This document shows, in pieces, positions 53,601 to 62,337 of a stretch of DNA of 64,000 nucleotides (positions are counted from its first letter, which is position 1; every line of letters starts with the position of its first letter). Below the pieces are notes generated by a model. It had not been told where the DNA came from and ran no database searches. It saw nothing but the letters and a program-made list of their open reading frames with translations. The position numbers and the translations under genes were made by a program. The DNA comes from Mizuhopecten yessoensis (Eukaryota): assembly GCF_002113885.1 (NCBI RefSeq), contig NW_018405476.1, forward strand, positions 437,875 through 501,874, given 5' to 3'.

Positions 53601-56600
53601 GATATTAATAAAGAATATATGCCTTTCATACATTTTTTTTAAACACTGTACGTATGTGCCTCACTCAAACTCATCAATGACTAAATGAGCTTTTGATTAA
53701 ATTTTACGATAAAATCTGTTTGAAATCAACTTAAGACTCTTTGTGAGAACTTAGCACCTGGGTATTAATAGAGAGTATTGTTATAAAGGGAAACACAGCT
53801 TGTTCATTTCTCCATGCACATTTCTGAAATGCCTAGAAGTCTATTGCTCTGTTACCTTGATTGGAGAATGTAATTGACACACCTGGTGAAGGAAGAATCA
53901 TTAAAATTACAACTGTGTTAAAATAATCCCTATAAAAAACCGGTAACCATTAGGCCGTACAATAAACTTACACCAAAACCGACTAAAAATATCAATCAAG
54001 AATTGAAATTTTCTCATGCACCCCTGAAATTTCCTAATGAACTTTTCCAACCTTTGAATTGGAAGAGTTTAAATGTGTCTTCAGGGGTGAATGAGTTAAA
54101 GCAACCCTTGAAGTCCATAACCTATTCACGTATGCAAAAATGGTTATTAAATAAAAGTTTGAAATACCATACACATCCAGAGGTACCAGTAGTACCAGGG
54201 TTTTTGGTAGTACTTAAAAGTAAGATAGAATGAGTCGACTTCAGTGAAACTATATCAGATATCTAGTATACATACAAATATACAAATAAATTATAAATTA
54301 CTACATAAAACACATGTCATAAATGAGTCACAATAATATTGCAGTTGTCATGAACATATATAAACCGAAATATAAAGAAAAGTATTTAAATAATGCATTC
54401 TGTCAGAAAAATCTATATAACTACATATTAAAACTACCACAAAATTCCATATAACTCCTGTTGATTAAATTTGAGTCAGACATGTATCCATTTTCCTAGT
54501 TAGATTTAAGTTTTATTAACAGTGGAATATTCCTTAGTGTATGCTTATTAACTATGTTCAACACCAGAATCTCATTTTCCCCGATAAATATAGAAATAAG
54601 TTTAATCCAATTTGTTGGTAGAATAAAATCTTCTGAACAGACAACACTGCCCTGAATGTTTGGTTGACTGACAGAAATCTACTCAAACCGTCCGACTCCA
54701 TTACCCCAACACTTCCTACTTACGCTGGATCATCTAAGTTTTCTGCTAAATTCAGCCTTTCATTCAATCTGTCATTTTCAAACACTAAACCCTGCTTTTC
54801 TTCTATTAAGGCAGCCACCTGCAAAAGGTATTTAAAATTATAATTGATATTATTCACAAAAAATAAAACAACAAGAAACCACCAATGGCGATATGGCCAG
54901 ATTGCTACAGTACATTTTCATGAAAAGCATCATATGTGATAAGCATTCTTAGATACATAACAAGCCATGCAAGTTAAGTTGATGTAGGACAAGTAGTTAC
55001 TTGGTAAGTGACCTAAACTAATCTTCTTAACCTTAATGCAGACAGACGGACAGGAATCGCCAATCTATAAGCCCTGATTGCGTTGCAATCCGGCCAAAAA
55101 TGGATAAAATTAACATTTTTGAAGGATGCATAGGAAAGGTGTGATATCACATTCAGTATATTGATGATCCCTGTCCCACCACACTGTGGGTTTTTCTATA
55201 AGCAGTTACCTCCCCTTAACTTCCCTTTGGATGTACCCGTAGAACAATTAGACCATCACACTTCTGTCGTCCAGGTATCTCAATCTGTTAGAGCGATATT
55301 TCAGCAGTCTGGGGTACAGGGTTCGAATCTGGGTTTAGCCCCACAGTGGGTTTTTTTAACATTCAGAACACAATTGTTGATTGTGTTTTGCTTATTTCCT
55401 CTTTATCATTTCTCACCAAAGTCCTTGAAGGTATGTTTTTTTGTTCAGAAATGATTTATCAAAGCTATAGTTGTGCCGAAAAAACCAGATTCCAATACTT
55501 AGTTAGTTTTTGGCGATGGTACGGGAATCCTTAAACAGTAGTGTAGATATTTATTTCATTGATCAAACATTTTCATCAATATTACAGAGTTTAAAAAAAA
55601 TAAATACCAGTGCAATTACAAATGAAAGTCATTTGTGCTGTTTTCTTCTGTCTGAAAGCTACCCAAGTTTGAAGTAATTTTATTGAAGAAACTTCTAAAA
55701 GAGTTATTTCCCTTTCCACAAGTTATATCTTATTCTCTGGATATTTGTTAATAAAGCAGTCTGCGCGTGTGACTGTACCTGTTGGTCCAGCTCATGACAT
55801 CTCTGTGTCAGTTCCTCTCTTGCCTCCATTGCACCGCTCAGTTCTTCGGTTGTCCGTCTCAACTGTGGTAGTAACATTGATATTTTATAGCATTTCACTG
55901 AATCAAATCTAGGGAATTATATCAAGCTTTTTTTGATGAAAGAGTGATGAATGGTGAAAAACGTGCTCTTCAATTGTAAATTGAATAGCATGGCTGTCAT
56001 GAAAAACAAAAATTCCAAGAATTAGTCAGCAGGGAAATATATTGACCGTAAGCTTTATCTAAAAAATTAAGGAGTCAACTGTTGCTACCTGTTTTCTGGA
56101 TTCCTTACCTGATCTGCCAGTTCTGATTCACCATCACTGCTTGTAGTTATTTCCTTCGTCATCAGCTGGAAAAAGCAATTAAAACATTGTCTTTGTATAA
56201 CTGACAACATGCTATAATATTCAATATGATTTCATGCAGTTATTAAGTATTTCACAGAACATGTGTGGTTAAAAGTAAGTGTCAAATATACTGTCAATTC
56301 GGTCCAGAAAACACAATACTCAGAAGATTTCAAAGTACCCAGGAGCTGTATGTAAAATACACAAGCCAACCAGTACAATTGCATTGGCTACCCATAAAGA
56401 GTTTACCTGTTTGTCAATTGACCTACATCAAGCTCCTGCAGTATGTATAGGGTGACTTGTATGATCAGTGACTTGTGTGTAGAATAACCTACCTCCTGTT
56501 TGTATAGGGTGACTTGTATGATCAGTGACTTGTGTGTAGAATACCCTACCTCCTGTTTGTATAGGGTGACTTGTATGATCAGTGACTTGTGTGTAGAATG

Positions 56601-59600
56601 ACCTACCTCCTGTTTGTATAGGGTGACTTGTATGATCAGTGACCAGTGTATAGAATAACCTACCTCCTATATGTATAGAGCTATTTGTATGATCAGTGAC
56701 CTGTGTGTAGAATTACCTTCCTCCTGTTTGTATAGGGTGACTTGTATGATCAGTGACCAGTGTATAGAATAACCTACCTCCTATATGTATAGAGCAATTT
56801 GTATGATCAGTGACATGTGTGTAGAATAACCTACCTCCTATATGTATAGAGGAATTTGTATGATCAGTGACCTGTGTGTAGAACAACCTACCTCCTGTAT
56901 GTATAGAGCAATTTGTATGATCAGTGACCTGTGTGTAGAATAACCTACCTCCTGTATGTATTGAGCAATTTGTATGATCAGTGACCTGTGTGTAGAATTA
57001 CCTACCTCCTGTTTGTATAGGGTGACTTGTATGATCAGTGACCAGTGTGTAGAATAACCTCCCTCCTATATGTATAGAGCAATTTGTATGATCAGTGACC
57101 TGTGTGTAGAATAACCTACCTCCTGTATGTAAAGAGCAGTTTGTATGATCAGTGACCTGTGTGTAGAATAACCTACCTCCTGTTTGTATAGGGTGACTTG
57201 TATGATCAGTGACCTGTGTGTAGAATAACCTACCTCCTGTATGCATAGAGCAATTTGTATGATCAATGACCTGTGTGTAGAACAACCTACCTCCTGTATG
57301 TATAGGGCAACTCGTATGATCAATGACCTGTGTGTAGAATAACCTACCTCCTGTATGTATAGGGCAACCTGTATGATCAGTGACCTATGTGTAGAATAAC
57401 CTACCTCCTGTTTGTATAGGGTGACTTGTATGATCAGTGACCAGTGTGTAGAATAACCTACCTCCTGTATGTATAGGGCAACTCGTATGATCAATGACCT
57501 GTGTGCAGAATAACCTACCTCCTGTATGTATAGGGCAACCTGTATGATCAGTGACCTGTGTGTAGAATAACCTACCTCCTGTATGGCGTTCATGACGACA
57601 TGCTGTACAGATTCCTCCATAGACATGATGCGCTGTATATACTCCTGCTTAGCATCACAGTTGACTGCACAGCCAAGGATGAGCTGGAGCAGGCGACCCA
57701 GTTCTGGTATGTTACTGTGCTCACCTGATTGTAACAATGAAAATGTCAATAATAAAATACATGGTAATTGATTACCAATGCACACAATTTTAACATGAGA
57801 ATTTAGCATTTATTGACCTTGGAGGAAGGTTATAATAATACTAATAACTATTTGAGGTTCTTGTATATACTGCTTTATTACAACCACTAGGTTGTCTCAA
57901 AGCAGTTCACAAATTATTATCCGTGGTCATTGAGCCTTTGCATCTTTCTCAACTCCGCCAGACTACCGTGCCTCTTATTCAGAGTATTAGTTTATTTTAG
58001 GTTGAAATAGTAGCCTGTCTTCTGATCTAATACCCCGGTATTATTAAAATCTATTTTCTAATGAACTCTTCTAACATTTAACCTATATCTATAAAAGCTG
58101 TCAAGTCAAGTTACACTTGTCTAGTAAATTAACTGTGCACTAGGATTTTTAACAACAACAGCTTCCTTAAATTTGTATCTATCCTGATTAATTAAAGATT
58201 TTACGAGAGGTCATGCTGGGGAATATCTGTACGACTTTTTGCTGTACATATTTCTCATTTCATTTATTAGAATTCAGACTTCATACCGTTACAACGGTAA
58301 TCAGAGAAATTGGTAATGTATCTGATCTAGCCTGTAGATCCAGTTATATATTAACTTATACAGTGAACACATCAACAGAATAAGCATTGTTAGTGGACGT
58401 GGTCCTTCTAATGATATACATCTCAAGTACATCAGCGTCATGAACAGGATGTGAGTATGACCATGTTCCGTAATAGCCTGGTTATATTTAGTCAGTAATG
58501 CACTATGAGCAGAGCTTAATTCTCATCATCTCCTATTGTGGGTATATACATGTATTCTGATGCAGTATCGTTATTGATAGTGTTCAAATTGATTTCAATA
58601 TTGATTTTTAATTAATTTTTCAACATTTTACAAAATGTTATTAACACAAACATATTGTGTCTATTTCTGATTAGAAATCATGTGCTTTTTAAATAGAAAA
58701 TTGGCACTTGATTACATTTTGTCTGTTTACAGTATTTTAAGATCTGACGTAAACATTCAAGAGTTTGTTATAATTGACAAATGAAATTAACTAGGAAGTT
58801 TATTTGAGCTGTTGACATTAGAAATAACTAGGTTTCTTTTAGTCGTTGACTAATGATCTATTCCATTTACTCAGTTAAAACAATGTGAACTGTAATACTG
58901 TCATCTCCGGTCTGAAAACTATAACTACACTGTCACCCTCTGACCTGTGAACTGTAATACAGTCATCTCCGGTCTGAAAACCATAACTACACTATCACCC
59001 TCTGACCTGTAAACTGTAATACTGTCATCTCCGGTCTGAAAACTATAACTACACTGTCACCCTCTGACCTGTAAACTGTAATACAGTCACTTTCAATTCA
59101 TAGACTGTAATATTGTCAATTTTTAATTCTGTAGACTGTAATATTGTCACTTTCAGTTCTGTAGACTGTAATATTGTCACCCTCTATTCTGTAGACTGTA
59201 ATATTGTCACCCTCTGTTCTGTAGACTGTAATATTGTCACCATCTGAACTGTAGGCTGTAATATTGTCACCCTCTATTCTGTAGACTGTAATAAGGTCAC
59301 CCTCTATTCTGTAGACTGTAATATTGTTACCCTCTAGTCTGTAGACTGTAATAAGGTCACCCTCTATTCTGTAGGCTGTAATATTGTTACCCTCTAGCCT
59401 GTACACTGTAATAAGGTCACCCTCTATTTTGTAGACTAATATTGTCACCTTCTAGCCTGTACACTGTAATAAAGTCAGTGTCACCCTCTATTATGTAGAC
59501 TGTAATAAGGTCACCCTCTATTCTGTACACTGTCATAAGGTCACCCTCTATTCTGTAGACTGTAATATTGTCACCCTCTAGCATGTACACTGCAATAAGG

Positions 59601-62186
59601 TCAGTGACAACCTCTATTATGTAGACTGTAATAAGGTCACCCTCTATTATGTAGACTGTAAAAATGTCACCCTCTATTCTGTAGACTGTAATATTGTCAC
59701 CCTCTAGTCTGTAGACTGTAATAAGGTCACCTTCTATTCTGTAGACTAATATTGTCACCCTCTAGCATGTAAACTGTAATAAGGTCAGTGTCAACCTCTA
59801 TTCTGTAGACTGTAATAAGGTCACCCTCTATTCTGTAGACTGTTATATTGTCACCCTCTAGTCTGTAGACTGTAATATTGTCACCCTCTAGCCTGTAGAC
59901 TGTAATATTGTCACCCTCTAACTATATATATTATAAGCCTGTAGACTTTAATAGTGTCACCCTCTAGCCTGAAAATGTAATATTGTCACGCTCTTGACTG
60001 TATACTGTTATATTGTCACCATCTGACCTGTAGACTGTAATATTGTCACCCTCTTGACTGTATACTGTTATATTGTCACCCTCTAGCCTGAAAATGTAAT
60101 ATTGTCACCATCTGACCTGTAGACTTTAATATTGTCACCATCTAACCTGTGGACTGTAATATTGTCACATTGTAATATTCACAGTCTACAGGTCAGATGG
60201 TAACAATATAACAGTTTACAGTCAAGAGGGTGACACTATTACATTTTCAGGCTTTTATTTGTAAACTATTGACCCCCATGGCTTAAAGTTGCTACCACCA
60301 CCAAACGTTGGTTGAAATGTACCCTGTAGGTTAGGAGAAGTTGTTGTTAAACAGAAAAAAAAGACGACAGATACTTAAGCACCACCACTTGCACTTCATT
60401 GTTATTTTGTACTTTATGAGCTTAAATTACAGTAAGTGCCAAAATGTTCAGTTTTATAGATCGATGATTGATACAGAATTGGCAAGTACAGAACATTAAA
60501 CTCATTGAACCATCATGCTTTTTCAGTATGTATTTATAGCCCAACCTATAGTGTATACTAGGTACATAAATTGCAACACATTTATGACTTCATCCTCAAT
60601 ATCCTGGGGTTATGATCACCTTCACTCTCTACACCCCTGGAATATGTCATAGCAAAATTGAAGGCTCGGTGTGTGCCACCTTGTTGATGAGACAAGAACA
60701 CTAGTGCGATACTTTTGATGTACATCTCGCGGTCACGTAACGGTTAAAATTGACAGGCTTTGGTGTCTGTCCTTTGTAATCTTCAAAGGACATGTATCAG
60801 CCTAGCGATTGGTCAGTTTTTATTACCTGAGACCAATCAAACAGCTATCTTTGTGCCTTCAATTTTGCTATGACATATTCCAGGGGTGTAGAGAGTGAAG
60901 GTGAGCGTAACCCCTGGATATCGAGGGTCAGGGGACCTGGGCAATAAGTTTACTATTTATAGCCAAACATGACAAAATTTTATAGATGTTTAGGAGATAA
61001 TTCTTTTCCTGGAGGGACTACTGTTATATTTAGCAGCAAATTGAAATGCATGATTTAGTGGTAACAAATTTTCTAAACATCTTCAATTTATAGTGTAACA
61101 TATGAAGCAAAAACATCTGAAGGAAATTATGAGTGTATTTTGCATTTAAAAAGGCATGCAACAATGCACATGATCCTAACATGTTAGATAATACATAGAA
61201 TACGCTGAAGACTGCATATTATTTGACAAGTGAAGTAAATAGTCTACAAGTACTATATGTAGTACATCAGTTTTGAGGATAAATTATTTACAAAATTACA
61301 CTGTTATATACATTACTACAATTCCAGTAAATATATAACAGTGCTGAATTGGTCGGGTTTCTTTTGTACAGAACTAACTGACTTTTTCATTTCAAATCAT
61401 ATACATTTGTATACGTATCTATCAATATATAAAATCAAAGGTCACAGAGCTTACACCAGTTGTGGCTTTCTGGGGTGATCAGTGGGGCACTTCACTTCTT
61501 CTCTGTATATAAATTTAGAAGAAACCACTTATTTGCTTGGACTGTCATGATGACCAGGCATTAATTACATGTATAGTCTCAGTGGTCTATAGAAGTACAG
61601 GGTTGAATGGACGTGGTCTATAGATCTAGAAGTACAGGGTTGAATGTACCCTTGTAGAGCAACAACTTACCAATGGAGTTGACATCAGGCATTTGGAAAT
61701 CATGGATCTGTATACCAATCACCTGCAATTATAGCAAACATATGTACATATTGTCTTTATATCTCCATACATTCCTAAATTATCAATTATAAAAATGTAC
61801 ACCCTTTATATATATTAATCAATAGCCCACAAGATGAATAAAAGTACAAACTCGAAAGTGTGGGCTTAACCCTTTGACCACTGTAGACCATAATGGACTT
61901 GTCCAAATCAATGCATGGTATTAATTGTCGACGAATATAAAGTTACATAGGAGTGAAAGGGTTAAAGTCATTTGGGCTAAAAGCCATTAATATGTGAAAA
62001 AATATTATATAACAGTATCTATAAAAGATAGGGTCACAGTAACATAAAATAATAGAGTGAAAATGTATTTACAAATCAAATCAAATACTTCAGTTTCAAA
62101 GATGATTTTGATATTACACAGTTATATTGGTTTACCTCTAGGTTGTACTCTAAAATGCCTTTCAACACTTTCTTCAAGTTGCTGAC
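35541..62186 (-). CDS. HOOK3: Protein Hook homolog (HOOK3-like dynein-dynactin cargo adaptor); multi-exon, 5'-partial
   Basis: 18 exons, all GT-AG and phase-compatible, 1914 nt. The translation includes [58 protein letters not shown] (Hook domain), [68 protein letters not shown] and QSFLARQRQ, all Hook family signatures. Invertebrate Hook is generally single-copy, so the HOOK3 label reflects similarity only. Confidence 0.96.
35725..35785 (-). mobile_element. Probable SINE 3' tail fragment
   Basis: Minus strand AAATGACCGTAGCTGTTAATAGGATGTTTAACAAAATAAACCAAACCAA, resembling the ...GACGTTAAAC(AAAC)n ends of invertebrate SINEs. Confidence 0.4.
35855..35994. mobile_element. Short MITE with Tc1/mariner-pogo-like TIRs
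   Basis: Terminal inverted repeats ACCATATTTGACTGCAAATAAGCCCCC ... GGGGGCTTATTTGCAGATAAATATGGT. Confidence 0.65.
36056..36127 (-). CDS. HOOK3: Hook exon [24 protein letters not shown]
   Basis: TTCCAG|AAA...CTG|GTAAGT, 72 nt, phase 0/0. Confidence 0.93.
36265..36614. mobile_element. ~350-bp MITE with long TIRs, copy 1
   Basis: CATCCTCGATACTCCAGG... and ...CCTGGAGTATCGAGGATG, with ~80-bp imperfect TIRs; a homologous copy lies at 60591-60928. Confidence 0.8.
36825..39290. repeat. Compound intronic satellite: 32-bp unit interspersed with a ~125-bp block
   Basis: Unit GACAAAGGGACCATCTCACTCAGTCCCAGCTT; block GGTCTTGAAACATTGTGACAC...GATGTACCTTATTGA recurs about 8 times (one truncated). Confidence 0.95.
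39648..39734. mobile_element. ~85-bp mini-MITE, copy 1
   Basis: TIRs AACTCATTCACCCCTGAA / TTCAAGGGTGAATTAGTT; homologous copy at 54012-54098. Confidence 0.65.
39893..40003 (-). CDS. HOOK3: Hook exon [37 protein letters not shown]
   Basis: TTGCTAG|GTG...GAG|GTAACC, 111 nt, phase 0/0. Confidence 0.92.
40892..41192 (-). CDS. HOOK3: Hook exon [18 protein letters not shown]...[10 protein letters not shown]
   Basis: GATACAG|GATA...TCG|GTACGT, 301 nt, phase 2/0. Confidence 0.93.
41833..41973 (-). CDS. HOOK3: Hook exon [15 protein letters not shown]...ELETEL(R)
   Basis: TTGTAG|GGAG...TACG|GTCAGT, 141 nt, phase 2/2. Confidence 0.93.
42635..42771 (-). CDS. HOOK3: Hook exon [18 protein letters not shown]...LPPEV(K)
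   Basis: CTACAG|AGG...GTCAA|GTCAGT, 137 nt, phase 0/2. Confidence 0.92.
42893..43530 (+). mobile_element. Helentron/HINE-like non-autonomous element
   Basis: Begins AACAAG. Subterminal TATCCCCCGCTTTCA (~42916) is inverted relative to the terminal TGAAAGCGGGGGATA (~43513). It has internal tandem repeats (TTCAAGGG..CATAACTC, CTTGGCCGAG), a GACAGACGGACA microsatellite and a 3' hairpin. Confidence 0.7.
43671..43835 (-). CDS. HOOK3: Hook exon [26 protein letters not shown]...QREKE
   Basis: GCAACAG|GAG...GAG|GTGAGG, 165 nt, phase 0/0. Confidence 0.93.
43827..44029. repeat. 67-bp x3 tandem repeat spanning a Hook splice acceptor
   Basis: AACTCCTGTTG recurs at 43831, 43898 and 43965. Confidence 0.9.
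44030..44322. mobile_element. Penelope-like pseudo-LTR remnant in inverted arrangement
   Basis: ~74-bp inverted arms 44128-44201 and 44242-44317 around a 40-nt spacer; contains a minimal hammerhead followed by AATAAA; interrupts the GGAGATCC|TTAACTCCTG junction of the 67-bp repeat. Confidence 0.65.
44208..44262 (+). ncRNA. Minimal type I hammerhead ribozyme (PLE-type)
   Basis: GTTTTGTT-CTGATGA-C-GGTTGGC(CTA)GCCATCC-GAAA-CATG-TA^AAC(TAAT)AAAAC. It has both core boxes, helix II (6 of 7 pairs), a bulged helix I, a palindromic minimal helix III (ACATGT) and a GUA cleavage triplet. Confidence 0.8.
44723..44808 (-). CDS. HOOK3: Hook exon [28 protein letters not shown]
   Basis: CCTACAG|ATG...GAG|GTAAGT, 86 nt, phase 1/0. 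Confidence 0.93.
45020..45062 (-). CDS. HOOK3: Hook exon [14 protein letters not shown](D)
   Basis: TTGCCAG|TCC...TTAG|GTAAGT, 43 nt, phase 0/1. Confidence 0.92.
45125..45673 (-). mobile_element. SINE shell (tail 45125-45217, 5' tip 45661-45673) filled with a copy of intron 42202-42640
   Basis: The tail (AAT)n-TTGAGGATCTTATATACCGCTTTATCAC matches 50797-50885; GACTACGTGCCTC matches the SINE 5' end seen at 57961-57974 and 46214-46227. Confidence 0.7.
46016..46227 (-). mobile_element. tRNA-derived SINE, head and core
   Basis: Minus strand: A-box-like GTCGTAGTGG, B box GGTTCGAGTCA, core CTTTGAGCAAGATACTTTAC...CTCAGCTGTAAATGAG; same family as 50797-51170. Confidence 0.8.
46772..46855 (-). CDS. 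HOOK3: Hook exon [28 protein letters not shown]
   Basis: TTCGTCAG|AAC...GTC|GTAAGT, 84 nt, phase 0/0. Confidence 0.93.
47326..47390 (-). CDS. HOOK3: Hook exon (S)[21 protein letters not shown]
   Basis: TTGCAG|GTCGAG...AAAAA|GTAAGT, 65 nt, phase 1/0. Confidence 0.9.
48214..48293 (-). CDS. HOOK3: Hook exon [26 protein letters not shown]
   Basis: TTTACAG|TACT...TCCA|GTAAGT, 80 nt, phase 2/1. Confidence 0.92.
48600..48868 (+). mobile_element. Short HINE-like element
   Basis: AACAAGG start, GTGACCTTGA and AAGTTTCATGAAA motifs, terminal hairpin TATCCCCT...AGGGGATA. Confidence 0.6.
50797..51170 (-). mobile_element. Near full-length tRNA-derived SINE
   Basis: Minus strand: head GAGGTACAGTAGTCTAGTGGTAGGACGCC..GGGTTTGAGTCA, core TTGAGCAAGATACTTTAC..CAGCTGTAAATGAG, tail GATAAAGCGGTATATAAGAACCTCAAA(TTA)n. 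Confidence 0.8.
51580..52275. repeat. 43-bp intronic minisatellite, ~16 copies
   Basis: Unit GCTGACGAACTCATACAAGTGATCTTATGACAAGATTAACAAT. Confidence 0.95.
54012..54098. mobile_element. ~85-bp mini-MITE, copy 2
   Basis: CTCATGCACCCCTGAA...TTCAGGGGTGAATGAGTTAA; similar to 39648-39734. Confidence 0.65.
54724..54818 (-). CDS. HOOK3: Hook exon [31 protein letters not shown](A)
   Basis: TTTTGCAG|GTG...CCAGC|GTAAGT, 95 nt, phase 0/2. Confidence 0.92.
54870..55100 (+). mobile_element. Short HINE-like element
   Basis: AACAAG start, subterminal GGCCAGATTGC inverted to terminal GCAATCCGGCC, GACAGACGGACA microsatellite, hairpin GATTGC-GTT-GCAATC. Confidence 0.6.
55779..55862 (-). CDS. HOOK3: Hook exon [28 protein letters not shown]
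   Basis: CCACAG|TTG...CAG|GTACAG, 84 nt, phase 0/0. Confidence 0.92.
56109..56165 (-). CDS. HOOK3: Hook exon [19 protein letters not shown]
   Basis: TTTTTCCAG|CTG...CAG|GTAAGG, 57 nt, phase 0/0. Confidence 0.9.
56435..57584. repeat. 57-bp minisatellite containing a Hook exon end and splice donor, ~20 copies
   Basis: Minus-strand unit ATACAGGAG|GTAGGTTATTCTACACACAGGTCACTGATCATACAGGTTGCCCTATAC. Confidence 0.95.
57576..57724 (-). CDS. HOOK3: Hook exon (G)[22 protein letters not shown]...MNAIQE
   Basis: AATCAG|GTGAGC...CAGGAG|GTAGGT, 149 nt, phase 1/0. Confidence 0.95.
57832..57974 (-). mobile_element. Internally deleted SINE copy
   Basis: Tail and 5' tip (GACTACCGTGCCTC) of the 50797-51170 family with the core missing. 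Confidence 0.65.
58885..60252. repeat. 30-bp intronic minisatellite with terminal inversion
   Basis: Unit CTGTAGACTGTAATATTGTCACCCTCTATT; ~61-bp dimers at 58885-59090; inverted units at 60174-60252. Confidence 0.93.
60591..60928. mobile_element. ~340-bp MITE with long TIRs, copy 2
   Basis: TCACCTTCACTCTCTACACCCCTGGAATATGTCATAGCAAAATTGAAGGC and its exact reverse complement near the other end; interior shared with 36265-36614. Confidence 0.82.
61671..61722 (-). CDS. HOOK3: Hook exon [17 protein letters not shown](G)
   Basis: TTGCAG|GTG...ATTG|GTAAGT, 52 nt, phase 0/1. Confidence 0.93.
61866..61965. mobile_element. piggyBac-like mini-MITE
   Basis: TTAA-CCCTTT...AAAGGG-TTAA termini. Confidence 0.55.
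62136..62186 (-). CDS. HOOK3: Hook exon [17 protein letters not shown]
   Basis: TTTTACAG|GTCAGC...CTAGAG|GTAAAC, 51 nt, phase 0/0. Confidence 0.93.
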
Positions 62187-62337
62187 CTGTAAAAGATTAA
62201 AATCAGTATATTTAGATGATTGTCATTAATTTATTATCATGGCAGTAAGTATCTATACATCATGTACATTCCTATTTGAACAAAATTAGTAATGTTGAAA
62301 TTAAGAATACTCCTATCAAATAGTTCATCATCAATTG

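Noticed and set aside
53170-54225. Possible extra cassette exons in the 6.4-kb Hook intron (~53176-53240 and ~54174-54213)
   Set aside because: AG/GT-bounded open segments exist, but I could not make their phases fit the phase-2 intron and they show no Hook homology.
59116-59758. ITVYRIEGD repeat ORFs
   Set aside because: Translation of a 30-bp intronic satellite with no splice or homology support.
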